This document shows positions 1-10,290 of a stretch of DNA of 64,000 nucleotides, piece by piece (the first letter of the stretch is position 1; each line of letters starts with the position of its first letter). The notes beneath the pieces were generated by a model. The model did not search any database. It was given only the letters and a program-made list of their open reading frames with translations, and was not told where the DNA came from. The stretch is taken from positions 34,171-98,170 of IMG/VR virus record IMGVR_UViG_2706796290_000001; one strand, given 5' to 3'. Origin of the DNA: a virus (taxonomy: Duplodnaviria > Heunggongvirae > Uroviricota > Caudoviricetes). The translations under genes were made by a program, and so were the position numbers.

Positions 1-10
1 CCGAGATTGG

Positions 11-1414
11 TTGTGGGAAAGATCACAGTACTATGGTACTGACATCAATGCCAACATGGAAGGTTTTGGTAAAATCTACATGAACACCATTGATTCTCTA
101 GGAAGAAAAGCTTCTTTAAATGTTATTGAAGACATTATGAAGTATAACACTGCTATGCACACTTCTAGGGAAGCTCAGAAGTTTATTAACAAGTCATTGT
201 ACCAAATGGCAGGTACAGCCCAAGTAAACGCTCAAGACTATAACCAATGGGAAGAACACGTAGCTGGTGGTAACAAAGTGGCTTCTGCTGCTCTTGATAT
301 CTTAGCACGACAAGGTAAAATCCAAAAAGATTGGAGAGAATTAGGAACCGCCAAAAAAGCTATTTCCGAATTAAAACTCCAAGGTAAGGATTTAGTACCA
401 GCCTTGACACAAGCTATGGCTAATGCTTCTGCTAAAGGTCTAGAAACTGGTCGTACTGGTTACCAAGCCCAACAAACAAGATTCCAAAACCAAGTAACAC
501 AATTTGCTAGGGATCTTGCTGATGGTGGCTTGTTCGATATGGCTAAGAATTTCTTTAAGTTACTATCAACCATTATGGATGTCATGAAGGCAATGATGCC
601 AATATGGACTGGTTTAGCTAAGGTTATGGGATTCTTCTTTGAGAATTTCGCTTTAGGCATTGAAGCCATTAAGGAATTTTTGAAGTATGGTCTAGATTTT
701 ATATCATTCTTATATGAAACACGTACTGGTGCTCTTATTGCCAATGCTGGTATTGCTTTACTTCTTATTGGACTTTGGAGATTCTTCAATGGCTTCAAGA
801 AGTTTATGACTGCTGTTAAATTATTAATGGCTTCAAACCCAATCCTATTAGCATTAATGGCAATCATTACTATTCTAGGTTTCCTATATGGTCAATGGAA
901 AGCACAACAAGAAGGTTTAGATAACTGGTTAGATGTCTTTACGGATGTTCTAACAATTGCCAAATATTCATTCTTAGAGTTTGTCTACAATGTACAATCA
1001 TACTTCTTTATGATGATTTCGTCAATTGTCTCTAAAGGCATGGAAATCAAAACTTGGTTGTCTGATGTAATTGAAGAAATGAGGGAGATGAGTAAAGTTG
1101 TTGACTTGATTGTTACTGGTTTTGAGAAAGTTGAAGAGTTGAGACAAAGAAACAAAAAGAACCGAGAGGAACTTGATGGAGTATTTGAAAAATATGGAAT
1201 CAACAGAAATAGTTTCTGGTCACCAATGGCTAAACCTATTCAACAACCAACTACACCAAGTCCTTCTAAGAATGCTTTTGGTAATGGCTTAAGTGGCTTT
1301 ACTGGTGCTGACTTCAGAATCAAAACTGAAGGTCAATTCACACTGGTTGACCAAAAAGGAAAACCTCTGGGTAATGCTGAGAATATTAATTCTCAAGTTG
1401 CTTATGGTGTTTAG
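11..1414 (+). CDS. Tail tape measure protein, C-terminal portion (5' end probably outside window)
   Basis: Long ORF running to the window edge. It has multiple hydrophobic TM-like helices and coiled-coil-like segments, and sits immediately upstream of the baseplate genes. Confidence 0.45.
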   Translation: MWERSQYYGTDINANMEGFGKIYMNTIDSLGRKASLNVIEDIMKYNTAMHTSREAQKFINKSLYQMAGTAQVNAQDYNQWEEHVAGGNKVASAALDILARQGKIQKDWRELGTAKKAISELKLQGKDLVPALTQAMANASAKGLETGRTGYQAQQTRFQNQVTQFARDLADGGLFDMAKNFFKLLSTIMDVMKAMMPIWTGLAKVMGFFFENFALGIEAIKEFLKYGLDFISFLYETRTGALIANAGIALLLIGLWRFFNGFKKFMTAVKLLMASNPILLALMAIITILGFLYGQWKAQQEGLDNWLDVFTDVLTIAKYSFLEFVYNVQSYFFMMISSIVSKGMEIKTWLSDVIEEMREMSKVVDLIVTGFEKVEELRQRNKKNREELDGVFEKYGINRNSFWSPMAKPIQQPTTPSPSKNAFGNGLSGFTGADFRIKTEGQFTLVDQKGKPLGNAENINSQVAYGV

Positions 1415-1451
1415 GTAGCAGAATACAGGAGAATAAAATGAGGGATCATGA

Positions 1452-2345
1452 ATGAGATATCACCTATATTCAATCAACACGGGAGAGGTAATCTCTCTCG
1501 ATGCTACCACAAGCTTTAGTGAAAGCCATAAGGCCAATGTCACAGAGCATCCTGTGGAAATGGGCACACCAATTAGTGACCATGTGTTCTTATCCAACCC
1601 AACACTTAACCTGAAGGGTATCGTGACAGATTATGATGTAGTTAATAGTGAATATATTGACTTGTCAAGCTTCTCGGTATCCTCAATAGTTCAAGATGTA
1701 ATTAGTCTTTTTAAGGACCCTACAGATGTTGATAATATTTCAACACAGGATGACACTAAGTTAGACTTTAGGTCAATTGCTGTTGCAAACGCCTTAAAGA
1801 AAGCTTTCTATGATCGCCATGTTTTCTCTTTGTTTGTTTTAGATGACACAGAAGATGCACCACCTATTGATCACTACAACACAGTGGTAATCGATGGTCT
1901 AACCTTCACTAGAAGTGCTGACAATGGTGGTGAAATGATTGAGGTTGATATTGCACTCAAGCAAATACGATTAGCCAAAATCAGAAGATCTGAAGTGACA
2001 AAAGCCGAGAAGGATGCCTTAGATAAAGCTGTTTCTCAGACAGCTAAATCAAACGCTACTAAAGATAGTACTAGTGGTTCATCTAAGAGTACTAAAGATG
2101 GTAAAGGGACTAAAACAAGTGGTGATGGTGCCTTTTCAGATCCTTCAGATATTAGCAAACAATTTGATGTTGGTGCTAAAGAAGGTGAAGGTGCTGGAAG
2201 TTTAGTTGGTAAGGTTAGATCCAAGACAGCAGCTATGGCTAAACAAAAGATGGTAGATGCAGAAGATGCTAGAAAGTTAGCCGAAAGAAACCGAGCAGGT
2301 ATCTCTGAAGGTAAAACTTACGGAACTACTTATGGTGGTAGATAA
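1452..2345 (+). CDS. Tail/baseplate-associated protein (position equivalent to Mu gpN-like protein); Lys/Ser/Gly-rich C-terminus
   Basis: 297-aa ORF with RBS directly after the TMP. Assignment is by synteny only. Confidence 0.3.
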   Translation: MRYHLYSINTGEVISLDATTSFSESHKANVTEHPVEMGTPISDHVFLSNPTLNLKGIVTDYDVVNSEYIDLSSFSVSSIVQDVISLFKDPTDVDNISTQDDTKLDFRSIAVANALKKAFYDRHVFSLFVLDDTEDAPPIDHYNTVVIDGLTFTRSADNGGEMIEVDIALKQIRLAKIRRSEVTKAEKDALDKAVSQTAKSNATKDSTSGSSKSTKDGKGTKTSGDGAFSDPSDISKQFDVGAKEGEGAGSLVGKVRSKTAAMAKQKMVDAEDARKLAERNRAGISEGKTYGTTYGGR

Positions 2346-2359
2346 TTTAAGGAGTATGT

Positions 2360-2707
2360 ATGGAGCAATTAAAATATTATGGTTGTAGGGTAGCACTTTA
2401 TAACGATAAAAACTACACATGCTTTATCAAGCTCTCAGATTTTACTTACCACTTAGCCTTTAGGTACAACACCTTTGCTGGTGCATATATGTTAACTGTA
2501 TATGATGCCAATGGTAATACTCTGATATCAAACAAAATGGTCAAACCTGACAGGATGTTTGATATTAGACCTAGAGAGAATTCTGTAGAATCTTTGAACT
2601 TGGTATTTAATAAAATATTCCCAAATGCTGATGTAAATTATGACAAATGGGATGACAACATGATGTGCACAGCCTATCTTACACGATGGGAGAATGTAGA
2701 GCAATAG
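2360..2707 (+). CDS. Hypothetical baseplate-module protein
   Basis: 115-aa ORF with RBS GGAG, inside the structural operon. Confidence 0.3.
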   Translation: MEQLKYYGCRVALYNDKNYTCFIKLSDFTYHLAFRYNTFAGAYMLTVYDANGNTLISNKMVKPDRMFDIRPRENSVESLNLVFNKIFPNADVNYDKWDDNMMCTAYLTRWENVEQ

Positions 2708-2719
2708 GAAGGAGGGTTT

Positions 2720-3916
2720 ATGTCTGAATATTTATGGGACAGGAAGATCAGGGTTACAGTTTACAAACAAGGCTTGACAACTGATGAAATCACCCAAATC
2801 CTTGCAAGCACAGATGATGGCCTTGAAGAGGGTTTCGATAGAAGCCCAACTCAGACAGGTATTTTAAAGTTTGAAATTGATCAAGAGTTACCTATTGAGT
2901 TTGAGATTACGAAAACTCTAGACAATAGTGGAAAGAATAACTCTGCAAGTTTAAGAATATACAATATTAGTGAAGATACTGCAAAAACTATGGGCCACCA
3001 AATGCTCACAGTTAAAATTGAAGTAGCTTATAGAGGTATGCCTCTTACACCAATCTTCTTAGGGGATGTTATTAGTGCATCCTACAAAAGAGGTAAAGAA
3101 GGAAACTATGCTGACTTTGAAATGAGTCAATCATACCTAATACAAAATACAGGAATCAAGTTCTCTGCTACATTCCCTGCTGGGATGACCTATGCGGAAG
3201 CTGTGTTTTTTGTTTTAGATTTTTACAGTTTTGCTGGTGAGTTTTACTCTGCCAAAGAAGATGAAATTGCCATGTTCCAAAAGCCATTACCTTATGGGTT
3301 AAGCTTAGAGGGAAACATGGCTGAATGTTTAGCAAAGCTTTTAAAGCCTATAGGTATGAATTGGCACATTACTCAAGCTAACACTATTCAAATTTTTACT
3401 GATAGGGTTTTTGAGGAAGGTGGCACTAGTGGAACAATCTCAAAACAAGGTCTAGTTCCCAATAAAACACAATCAAGTGATGTTACAACAAGCACTGGTT
3501 TAACAATATACTCATTCGATGCTGATAGTGGTTTGATTGAAAAACCATACCTAAAAACTGAGACAGTTACGAAAAGAATGGGTGAGGTCGCTAACAACGA
3601 AACATTCATTGCAGTAAAACCTACAAAGTCAAAAGCTAAATCTACAAGTGAAGCGGTTGGTACAAATAAAAAGAAAACCAAAAAAGCTGTAAAGACACCA
3701 AACAAACCGAAGATCACTGTAGCTCGACAAGTTGTTGAGTTTAAAACCTTACTATTACCTCAGATAGAACCAAAAACGGTTGTTGATATTGTTTCCAAAA
3801 CACAGGAAAACATTAGTGGTCGTTACGGAATCTTAGAGGTTAAATATACAGGTGCCAGCTATGATGATAAATGGTACTGTGAATGCATCGGAGTTGCAAC
3901 CAGTAAGATAGATTAA
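2720..3916 (+). CDS. Baseplate hub protein (Mu gp44/P2 gpD-like by size and position)
   Basis: 398-aa ORF with strong RBS GGAGGG. It lies upstream of the spike V-like gene and has a K-rich linker. Confidence 0.35.
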   Translation: MSEYLWDRKIRVTVYKQGLTTDEITQILASTDDGLEEGFDRSPTQTGILKFEIDQELPIEFEITKTLDNSGKNNSASLRIYNISEDTAKTMGHQMLTVKIEVAYRGMPLTPIFLGDVISASYKRGKEGNYADFEMSQSYLIQNTGIKFSATFPAGMTYAEAVFFVLDFYSFAGEFYSAKEDEIAMFQKPLPYGLSLEGNMAECLAKLLKPIGMNWHITQANTIQIFTDRVFEEGGTSGTISKQGLVPNKTQSSDVTTSTGLTIYSFDADSGLIEKPYLKTETVTKRMGEVANNETFIAVKPTKSKAKSTSEAVGTNKKKTKKAVKTPNKPKITVARQVVEFKTLLLPQIEPKTVVDIVSKTQENISGRYGILEVKYTGASYDDKWYCECIGVATSKID

Positions 3917-3920
3917 AGGA

Positions 3921-4670
3921 GTGAACATGAATACAGATTTTATCACAGCACTAAAGAAAGGTGCACAAACCCAGACTGAGAACAGGTACTATTGTTTACC
4001 AGCCGAGGTTGTTGGTGTTGCCAATCTTGATAAGGGTGTAATTGATGTAAAACCAATTATTGAACGAGTGTATGATGATGGATCTGTAAATGAAGTTCCT
4101 ACCATATTATCTGTGCCAATAGCACACCCACACACAAGAAATAGTGCCATAATGTTGCCAGTAAATCAAGGTGACAGTGTACTTTTAGTTTTCTCTCAAA
4201 GGGATATTTCTGCATTTAAAGGTGGAGCAAGAAGTTCTCATGAACCAGAAACAAGAAGAGTTCATGATTTAAATGATGCCTTTGCCATTCTTGGAATTAG
4301 TCCCCTAGAGGAAAGCCCTTATGCATCACAGCAGCATTCCTTGCCACACTCCACAAGTGATGTTGTTGTGGTGCATAATTTAGGTTCTTCAAATGAAAAT
4401 GAAGTAAGACTAAAACGCAATGGAGACATTGAGTTAACTACACCAAATAATTTCGTAGTTAATGCAAAAACAGCACAATTTAATGTTGACAAATTGATAA
4501 ATACGGGTGATAATATTGTAGAGGGAGACTCTACTGTAAATAGCAACCAGACAGTTAATGGAATGACTAATCTTGTTGGTGGTGGTGTTGCCAAGGGAAT
4601 CTCTCTAGAACAACATAGACACCATTACACCGATGATGGTAATGATATGATTACAGACCCTCCACAATAG
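3921..4670 (+). CDS. Baseplate spike/assembly protein V-like
   Basis: 249 aa. The N-terminal OB-like region resembles the gpV/gp5 family. Position matches Mu/P2 gene order. Confidence 0.45.
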   Translation: MNMNTDFITALKKGAQTQTENRYYCLPAEVVGVANLDKGVIDVKPIIERVYDDGSVNEVPTILSVPIAHPHTRNSAIMLPVNQGDSVLLVFSQRDISAFKGGARSSHEPETRRVHDLNDAFAILGISPLEESPYASQQHSLPHSTSDVVVVHNLGSSNENEVRLKRNGDIELTTPNNFVVNAKTAQFNVDKLINTGDNIVEGDSTVNSNQTVNGMTNLVGGGVAKGISLEQHRHHYTDDGNDMITDPPQ

Positions 4671-4690
4671 TGAGGGTTTATTTTTAAGGG

Positions 4691-5107
4691 GTGTATATGG
4701 ACATACTATTAGTAAATGGGAAGGTTTCCATTACAGGAAATCAACTCCATCCAACAACAGACCTTGCCAGTAAAGTTTCCCAAAGAATCTACGTAAGACT
4801 TAAAAGCAACAAAGGTTACTGGTTTCTTGATACTACCTTTGGGGTTGCTTGGCTTGATGAAATCTTTGGAAAAAGAAGAACTAAAGCTGCAATTGATACT
4901 CGACTTCAACAAGAAGTCTTGAAAGACACTTATATTGAAAGAATTAGTTCTTGGTCATCTAACATTGATGGCCGTTCCTATAGTTGTCAATTTACCATAC
5001 AGGTTATAAGAAGTCAAGATGAGGATAACACAATTACCATGAGGTTAGTTGGTAACGAATCTGGTCTTATCCTTCAAGATAGTCTAGGTAATGTATATGA
5101 AATATAG
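4691..5107 (+). CDS. Baseplate wedge protein W (gp25/GPW-like)
   Basis: 138 aa. Size and position are typical of GPW/gp25, and it directly precedes the J-like gene. Confidence 0.45.
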   Translation: MYMDILLVNGKVSITGNQLHPTTDLASKVSQRIYVRLKSNKGYWFLDTTFGVAWLDEIFGKRRTKAAIDTRLQQEVLKDTYIERISSWSSNIDGRSYSCQFTIQVIRSQDEDNTITMRLVGNESGLILQDSLGNVYEI

Positions 5108-5116
5108 GAGGCTTAA

Positions 5117-6580
5117 ATGGCTAGAACTGTAAATGGAGTTTTACAAAGAGATTCTTTATCAGATATTAGAACAAAGCTAAGAACCAAAGCTGTTGAGATT
5201 TTCCAAGAAGTTACACCTTATGGTCAATCAGTTGATACAGACCCAGCTTCTATTTTAGGTAGATGGATTGATATTAATGCTGAAGCAAAATACGACCTTG
5301 AAGAAATAACTGAGTATCTTATTAATATGGCTGACTTAGACACAGCCGAAGGTAACAAACTTGAAGACATTACCAGTTTAGGTGGTATTGATAGACTACA
5401 GTCAACAGCTTCTCAGGTTTTACTTGTTGTTGTAGCTAAACCATATACAGTTATCCCAGCAGGTTCATTCATTAAGAGTGCTTACACTAACGACACTTTC
5501 TCAACCGACTATGAAATTCAAATCCAATCGACACAAGGAGAAGGCGGTGTTTTTGGTTATGACCTCAATGTTGCTGACTCTAGTGATCCAAACTTTAACT
5601 ACGTCTTCACATGGCAACGAGATTCATCTCCGAGCACAAACATTAATGTTAATGTACAACGTGGCACTGGTTCTTTTGACTCTTTTCTACAACTACTTGT
5701 AGATACAATCAATCAAACAACCAATGATGTATTTGCTGAGATATCTTCAGATGGCTATCTTAAGATCACTACAACAGATTACAATGAGACAATATCATTG
5801 AGATTAACAGCAAGTCAAGTTGTTAATGTTTACCAAGGTGTTGAAGCAACCTGTACTAACTTAGGTGCTGTATCGGCTGATGCTGGTACTTTAACTTCAA
5901 TTCAAAGTCCTGTTAATGGTTGGTTGTCAGTTAATAACCCTTTTGATGCTTCTATTGGTTCAGAAATTCAAACCGATGAAGAATTGAGAGATTACTATAA
6001 ATCAGCTAAAAACTTTGGTGGGTCAAGTACTTTGAATGCTCTTCAAGCTTCCTTGTACAGAGTCTCAGGAGTTAAATACGTCTATATCAGTGAGAACACC
6101 TCTAACATTACCACAACAATGCCTTCACACTCATTCAGTGCTGTAGTTCTTGGCGGAAGAAGAGATGATATCGCACAGGTTATCTTCGAAAATAAACCTC
6201 TAGGTATTAACTCTTTTGGTTCTTCTGAAGGTAATGCTGTTGATATCAACGGAAACAACTACACTGTTAATTTTAGTCGGCCTGAGTTTGTTCCTATTGC
6301 TATCAGAATCAGTCTTACACAACAAGCTGGTTTCGAAAATAGTAACTACGATCAAATTAGACAGAATATTATCAACTATCTAAACAGTATGCAATATGGT
6401 GGAGGGGTTGTTTCAATATCAAGACTTTATACACCAATTAATGCGGTGCCAAACCACTATATTAATAGTTTGGAAATTGGTCGAATAGTGAATGGTGTAC
6501 CTGAATATGGAACATCAAACATTACCCTTCAATATAATGAGATACCAACAATCAATCCAGAAAACATCCAATTCTACTAG
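5117..6580 (+). CDS. Baseplate J-like protein
   Basis: 487-aa ORF in the position of Mu gp47/P2 gpJ. Confidence 0.45.
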   Translation: MARTVNGVLQRDSLSDIRTKLRTKAVEIFQEVTPYGQSVDTDPASILGRWIDINAEAKYDLEEITEYLINMADLDTAEGNKLEDITSLGGIDRLQSTASQVLLVVVAKPYTVIPAGSFIKSAYTNDTFSTDYEIQIQSTQGEGGVFGYDLNVADSSDPNFNYVFTWQRDSSPSTNINVNVQRGTGSFDSFLQLLVDTINQTTNDVFAEISSDGYLKITTTDYNETISLRLTASQVVNVYQGVEATCTNLGAVSADAGTLTSIQSPVNGWLSVNNPFDASIGSEIQTDEELRDYYKSAKNFGGSSTLNALQASLYRVSGVKYVYISENTSNITTTMPSHSFSAVVLGGRRDDIAQVIFENKPLGINSFGSSEGNAVDINGNNYTVNFSRPEFVPIAIRISLTQQAGFENSNYDQIRQNIINYLNSMQYGGGVVSISRLYTPINAVPNHYINSLEIGRIVNGVPEYGTSNITLQYNEIPTINPENIQFY

Positions 6581-6588
6581 GAGGTTAT

Positions 6589-7215
6589 ATGATAGATCAT
6601 AGCTTCACAGAAAAAGCTCGATCAAGATATACAGGAACCTTTAAGGGTGATGGTGTTTTTGATTGTGCAGTTAGAACTGGTATTGCATATGAACAAGATT
6701 GCTTAGATCAGTTTGATGACTTTGTTGATAAGCTTTTCAACATTGACAAATCTTCTGGTTTGATGTTGGACCTTATAGGTAAAATTGTAGGTCAGGATAG
6801 GGTTTTAATTTCTTACACTGACCAGACAAACTTTGGTTTCTTAGGTCACCCCTTGGCAGAATCCTTTGGTACAAAAGCAAATCCAAATATTGGTGGTTAT
6901 TGGAAGAGTTCTTCGTCTTCCAGCACTATTTATAGAAAGATGGCTGATGACACTTACAGGACTGTCTTAAAGGCAAGAATTGCATCAAACATCTCTAGAG
7001 GAACTATCAATGACTTCCTCAGAGTTATAAATATTCTTACTGGTCACACTAGATCTCAAATTATTGAGGGTCCTGAAAGTGGTAGTGTCACTTTGGTAAT
7101 CCCTTCAGGTAATGCAACATTAGTTCAATATTATTATACACGTATAGGACAGCCAGATCAAATTCTGCCAATTCCTGTAGGTGTTAGTTTAAAAGTTATT
7201 ATTGTAGAGGAATAA
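6589..7215 (+). CDS. Baseplate/tail protein I-like
   Basis: 208 aa following the J-like gene. Call is by synteny. Confidence 0.3.
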   Translation: MIDHSFTEKARSRYTGTFKGDGVFDCAVRTGIAYEQDCLDQFDDFVDKLFNIDKSSGLMLDLIGKIVGQDRVLISYTDQTNFGFLGHPLAESFGTKANPNIGGYWKSSSSSSTIYRKMADDTYRTVLKARIASNISRGTINDFLRVINILTGHTRSQIIEGPESGSVTLVIPSGNATLVQYYYTRIGQPDQILPIPVGVSLKVIIVEE

Positions 7216-7216
7216 A

Positions 7217-8296
7217 ATGGCAAGAATTAACAAGCCCAACGACTACAATGTTATTTGGGCACAATCAGGTGGTAAATCTGATATTACAGCTAAGATTCCT
7301 GAAGGTTGGGTTGTTGAGATTCCTGACTTTGAAGATATGAATGCCCTTCAGTACAGACAAGATAGAGCCATTGCTTATCTTCTACAAGCTGGTGTTCCTG
7401 AGTGGGATTCTAGTAGTGTTTACTATGTAAACCAAATTACAAACAGAAGTGGTGTATTGTACAGAGCTATTCAAGAAAACCAAGGAAGAGACCCTTCGAC
7501 CTCAGTTGCTAATGGTTATTGGGAAAAATTATCACCTTCTTATGCTGAGTTCATAACACTTCAAAATAGGATAAACTCAACAGATCCCTTCTCACAGTAT
7601 ATTCTTAAAACTCAACCAGTAGTTTCTGTATCTATGGGTGCCACTGGTTATCGGTCTAACATTGAGCCGACCACAGGTATGTTCTTTAACGGTACTGAGA
7701 TGGAGTTTAGAAAATCAGGTGCAACTACAGCAGTTATCCCTCCAGAAACATTGAGTATTGAGGATAATAGCAAATATTTAGCAACAACTGCTTGGGTAAA
7801 ATCTTTAATTGCAGACGAGATTGCTAAAGTTACAACTAAGTTCCAAATTGGGATTGGTGAATCAATTATCAGTAACAACCCACAAAATCCAGCTACAACT
7901 AAAGGGTATGGTGTTTGGGCTTTAGATTGCCAAGGTAGAACCATTGTTGGTGTTTCACAAAATACAACAGATCCTACTTGGACGAAAACTGTAAATAGTT
8001 TGTTTGGTGCTTATACACATACATTGAGTACCGCAGAAATGCCTAGCCACAACCACTATACTGATCAAAGGTTCAATAAGTTATCTGCGATGGCAGAAGA
8101 TGTTTATGATGATCCTGCTATTAGGACTTCTACTCCAAGCGGATTCGACTACAACAATATGTGGGAAGAGTTAGGTACTGGACGGATCACAGCTCAGGCT
8201 AAAGTCCTCATGCAGATCAAAGATGTTGGTGGTAACCAAGCACATAATAACGTACAGCCATCACAAACCAAGTATATCTGGACAAGAATCGCTTAA
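7217..8296 (+). CDS. Tail fiber protein
   Basis: 359-aa ORF directly after the baseplate I-like gene. It is Ser/Thr/Gly-rich in a beta-rich pattern. Confidence 0.4.
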   Translation: MARINKPNDYNVIWAQSGGKSDITAKIPEGWVVEIPDFEDMNALQYRQDRAIAYLLQAGVPEWDSSSVYYVNQITNRSGVLYRAIQENQGRDPSTSVANGYWEKLSPSYAEFITLQNRINSTDPFSQYILKTQPVVSVSMGATGYRSNIEPTTGMFFNGTEMEFRKSGATTAVIPPETLSIEDNSKYLATTAWVKSLIADEIAKVTTKFQIGIGESIISNNPQNPATTKGYGVWALDCQGRTIVGVSQNTTDPTWTKTVNSLFGAYTHTLSTAEMPSHNHYTDQRFNKLSAMAEDVYDDPAIRTSTPSGFDYNNMWEELGTGRITAQAKVLMQIKDVGGNQAHNNVQPSQTKYIWTRIA

Positions 8297-8308
8297 TTAG
8301 GAGTAGGA

Positions 8309-8695
8309 GTGATGGAGATATTTTCAATTAGTACAGCTATTGCCTTCATCAAACCTATAATTCCAAATATCATCGGTGGTGCTTTATCCATTAAGGATGA
8401 GATAACAAGTGGTGCTAAAGAACAATCTTTCAAGAGGTATTTTGTTCTTTTCACCATGTTTATCTTGGCAGTATCTTTTGGGTACTACCTTGGTGGCTTT
8501 ATTATTGAGTATTTGAAGATAGAGAAATGGAGTGGTGACTTGCCCACATTCTCTTATGCAATGATCATGATATTAGCCACAGCATCAAGTCTAAGGTTTA
8601 TTAAGAAATTCACAAGCCGTATCGAAGAAATATTGGATTTAATCTTTGATGGTTTTATCGGCTTGATCAAAACCATATTTAAGATGGATAAGTGA
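8309..8695 (+). CDS. Membrane protein (about 3 TM helices)
   Basis: Hydrophobic segments in the translation. Confidence 0.4.
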   Translation: MMEIFSISTAIAFIKPIIPNIIGGALSIKDEITSGAKEQSFKRYFVLFTMFILAVSFGYYLGGFIIEYLKIEKWSGDLPTFSYAMIMILATASSLRFIKKFTSRIEEILDLIFDGFIGLIKTIFKMDK

Positions 8696-8716
8696 TAGCC
8701 ATGAAGGAGTTATCGA

Positions 8717-9043
8717 ATGAATAACATTATCGACAGTATTACTGCATCTTTTGTTGGAATAGCTTTGTTGCTAACCCCAACAGTTGTATTCCAAGGGGTG
8801 ATGGTTGCACTTGTCGCCTTTTTCATTTGGATTGAGTATTTCTCAAAGAAATTTGATAAGAATGGTTTTATGTATGTGATGTTCACATTTATAGGAATGT
8901 CAGCATCCATACTCTATTACTATGCCCCTAGTATTCAGACCGATTTTGGTTGGACTATAGCGTTAATTACATTTAGTTTATACACAATATACTTCTTAAA
9001 GTATATCTGGAGAATGAGAAAAGATAATCGCACAGGAGATTAG
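8717..9043 (+). CDS. Membrane protein (about 4 TM helices); holin-like candidate
   Basis: Four hydrophobic helices and small size. Lies 2 kb upstream of the endolysin. Confidence 0.35.
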   Translation: MNNIIDSITASFVGIALLLTPTVVFQGVMVALVAFFIWIEYFSKKFDKNGFMYVMFTFIGMSASILYYYAPSIQTDFGWTIALITFSLYTIYFLKYIWRMRKDNRTGD

Positions 9044-9044
9044 A

Positions 9045-10289
9045 ATGGAACAACTTGTTTTAAATATTAATAAAGTCCCTGTTGTGGAAGCATCTCAATT
9101 TAAATACTCAGACCATATTTTTGTTTCAGTTAATGGTCAATTTAAAAGAATGAAAAGAACCGATCTCATTACCTTATTGAGTGCTGATGTTAAAGGTGAA
9201 AAAGGTGATAGAGGTCCGATTGGTTTACAAGGTAGGACTGGAGCTACAGGTGCAACTGGTGCCACAGGAGCTACAGGTGCAACTGGAGATAAAGGCGATA
9301 AGGGAGATCGTGGAGATCGTGGTTTCCGAGGATGGTCACCAGTCTTCAAATCAGTGGCTGAAGATGGTTCTATTTACCTATACTTAAGTGATTGGGTTGG
9401 TGGTGAAAATACAAAACCTAATGTTCTGGGTTATATCTCACCTACAGGGATTGTAAACTATATCACTGAGGGCGCAACTGCAATCAACACTGACTTTGCA
9501 CCACAGATCAATGACCTTCAAGCAAATAAACTAGACGTTGGCTCTACAACTAGTGCTATCCCTGAAGGTTCAAACCTATATTATACAGATGAACGAGTTC
9601 GTGCTGCAACCCTTACAGGTCTTTCTACAGCGACCTCTACAGCTATTGTAGCGACCGATACTGTATTAAGTGCATTTGGCAAGGCACAGGCTCAACTTAA
9701 CCTTAAACAGAACAGTGCAAGTTTAGGAACAGATGTACAAGCTACAGTTCTATCTACTTACACCGTTGGTGGTAATACAGCAATTGCCAACACTGATACC
9801 ATAGCAGCAGCTTTTGGTAAAGCTCAAGGGCAAATTAATGCTAGACAACTTTCAGCCAATCTTTCATCTGATGTTCAGGCGTTAGTACTTTCAAGTTATG
9901 TTGTTGGTTCTAACACAGCTTTAGCCAATACAGATACTTTCATTGCTGCTCTTGGCAAGTTGCAAGGTCAGATCAATGCTAGAGAGGTAGCTGCTAATGT
10001 ACCAGCAGATGTTAGGGCAACAGTTCTTACAGGTCTTTCTACAGCGAGTTCTACAGCAATTACTGCTACAGATACTGTCTTGTCAGCCTTCGGGAAATTA
10101 CAAGCCCAAGTCAACTTGAAACAAGACTCATCTACTCTAGCTGCAAGTGTAAGATCAACAACCCTTACAGGTTTCTCTGCAACACCAAACTCAGCAGTAG
10201 TGGCAGCAGATACACTATTGGCAGCAATAGGAAAATTACAGGCTCAAGTTGATAGTTTATCTTCTAGAGTAACAGCACTAGGAGGATAA
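9045..10289 (+). CDS. Collagen-like repeat tail fiber protein
   Basis: Shows 13 Gly-X-Y triplets (GDRGPIGLQGRTGATGATGATGATGATGDKGDKGDRGDRG). These are followed by about five ~40-aa repeats ending in FGKAQAQxN/LGKLQGQIN. Confidence 0.6.
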   Translation: MEQLVLNINKVPVVEASQFKYSDHIFVSVNGQFKRMKRTDLITLLSADVKGEKGDRGPIGLQGRTGATGATGATGATGATGDKGDKGDRGDRGFRGWSPVFKSVAEDGSIYLYLSDWVGGENTKPNVLGYISPTGIVNYITEGATAINTDFAPQINDLQANKLDVGSTTSAIPEGSNLYYTDERVRAATLTGLSTATSTAIVATDTVLSAFGKAQAQLNLKQNSASLGTDVQATVLSTYTVGGNTAIANTDTIAAAFGKAQGQINARQLSANLSSDVQALVLSSYVVGSNTALANTDTFIAALGKLQGQINAREVAANVPADVRATVLTGLSTASSTAITATDTVLSAFGKLQAQVNLKQDSSTLAASVRSTTLTGFSATPNSAVVAADTLLAAIGKLQAQVDSLSSRVTALGG

Positions 10290-10290
10290 T

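Noticed and set aside
460-867. Minus-strand ORF inside the tape-measure gene. The same pattern recurs at 985..1203, 2036..2224, 3388..3717, 4319..4594, 7648..7944 and others.
   Set aside because: Each is fully embedded antisense to a long, well-supported + strand gene and has no RBS. These are typical spurious ORFs in coding regions.
9137-9387. ORFs 9137..9349 (-) and 9181..9387 (+) with PVAPVAPVAPV-type repeats.
   Set aside because: They are frame artefacts of the GGTGCTACAGGTGCAACTGG collagen-triplet DNA repeat inside the fiber gene.
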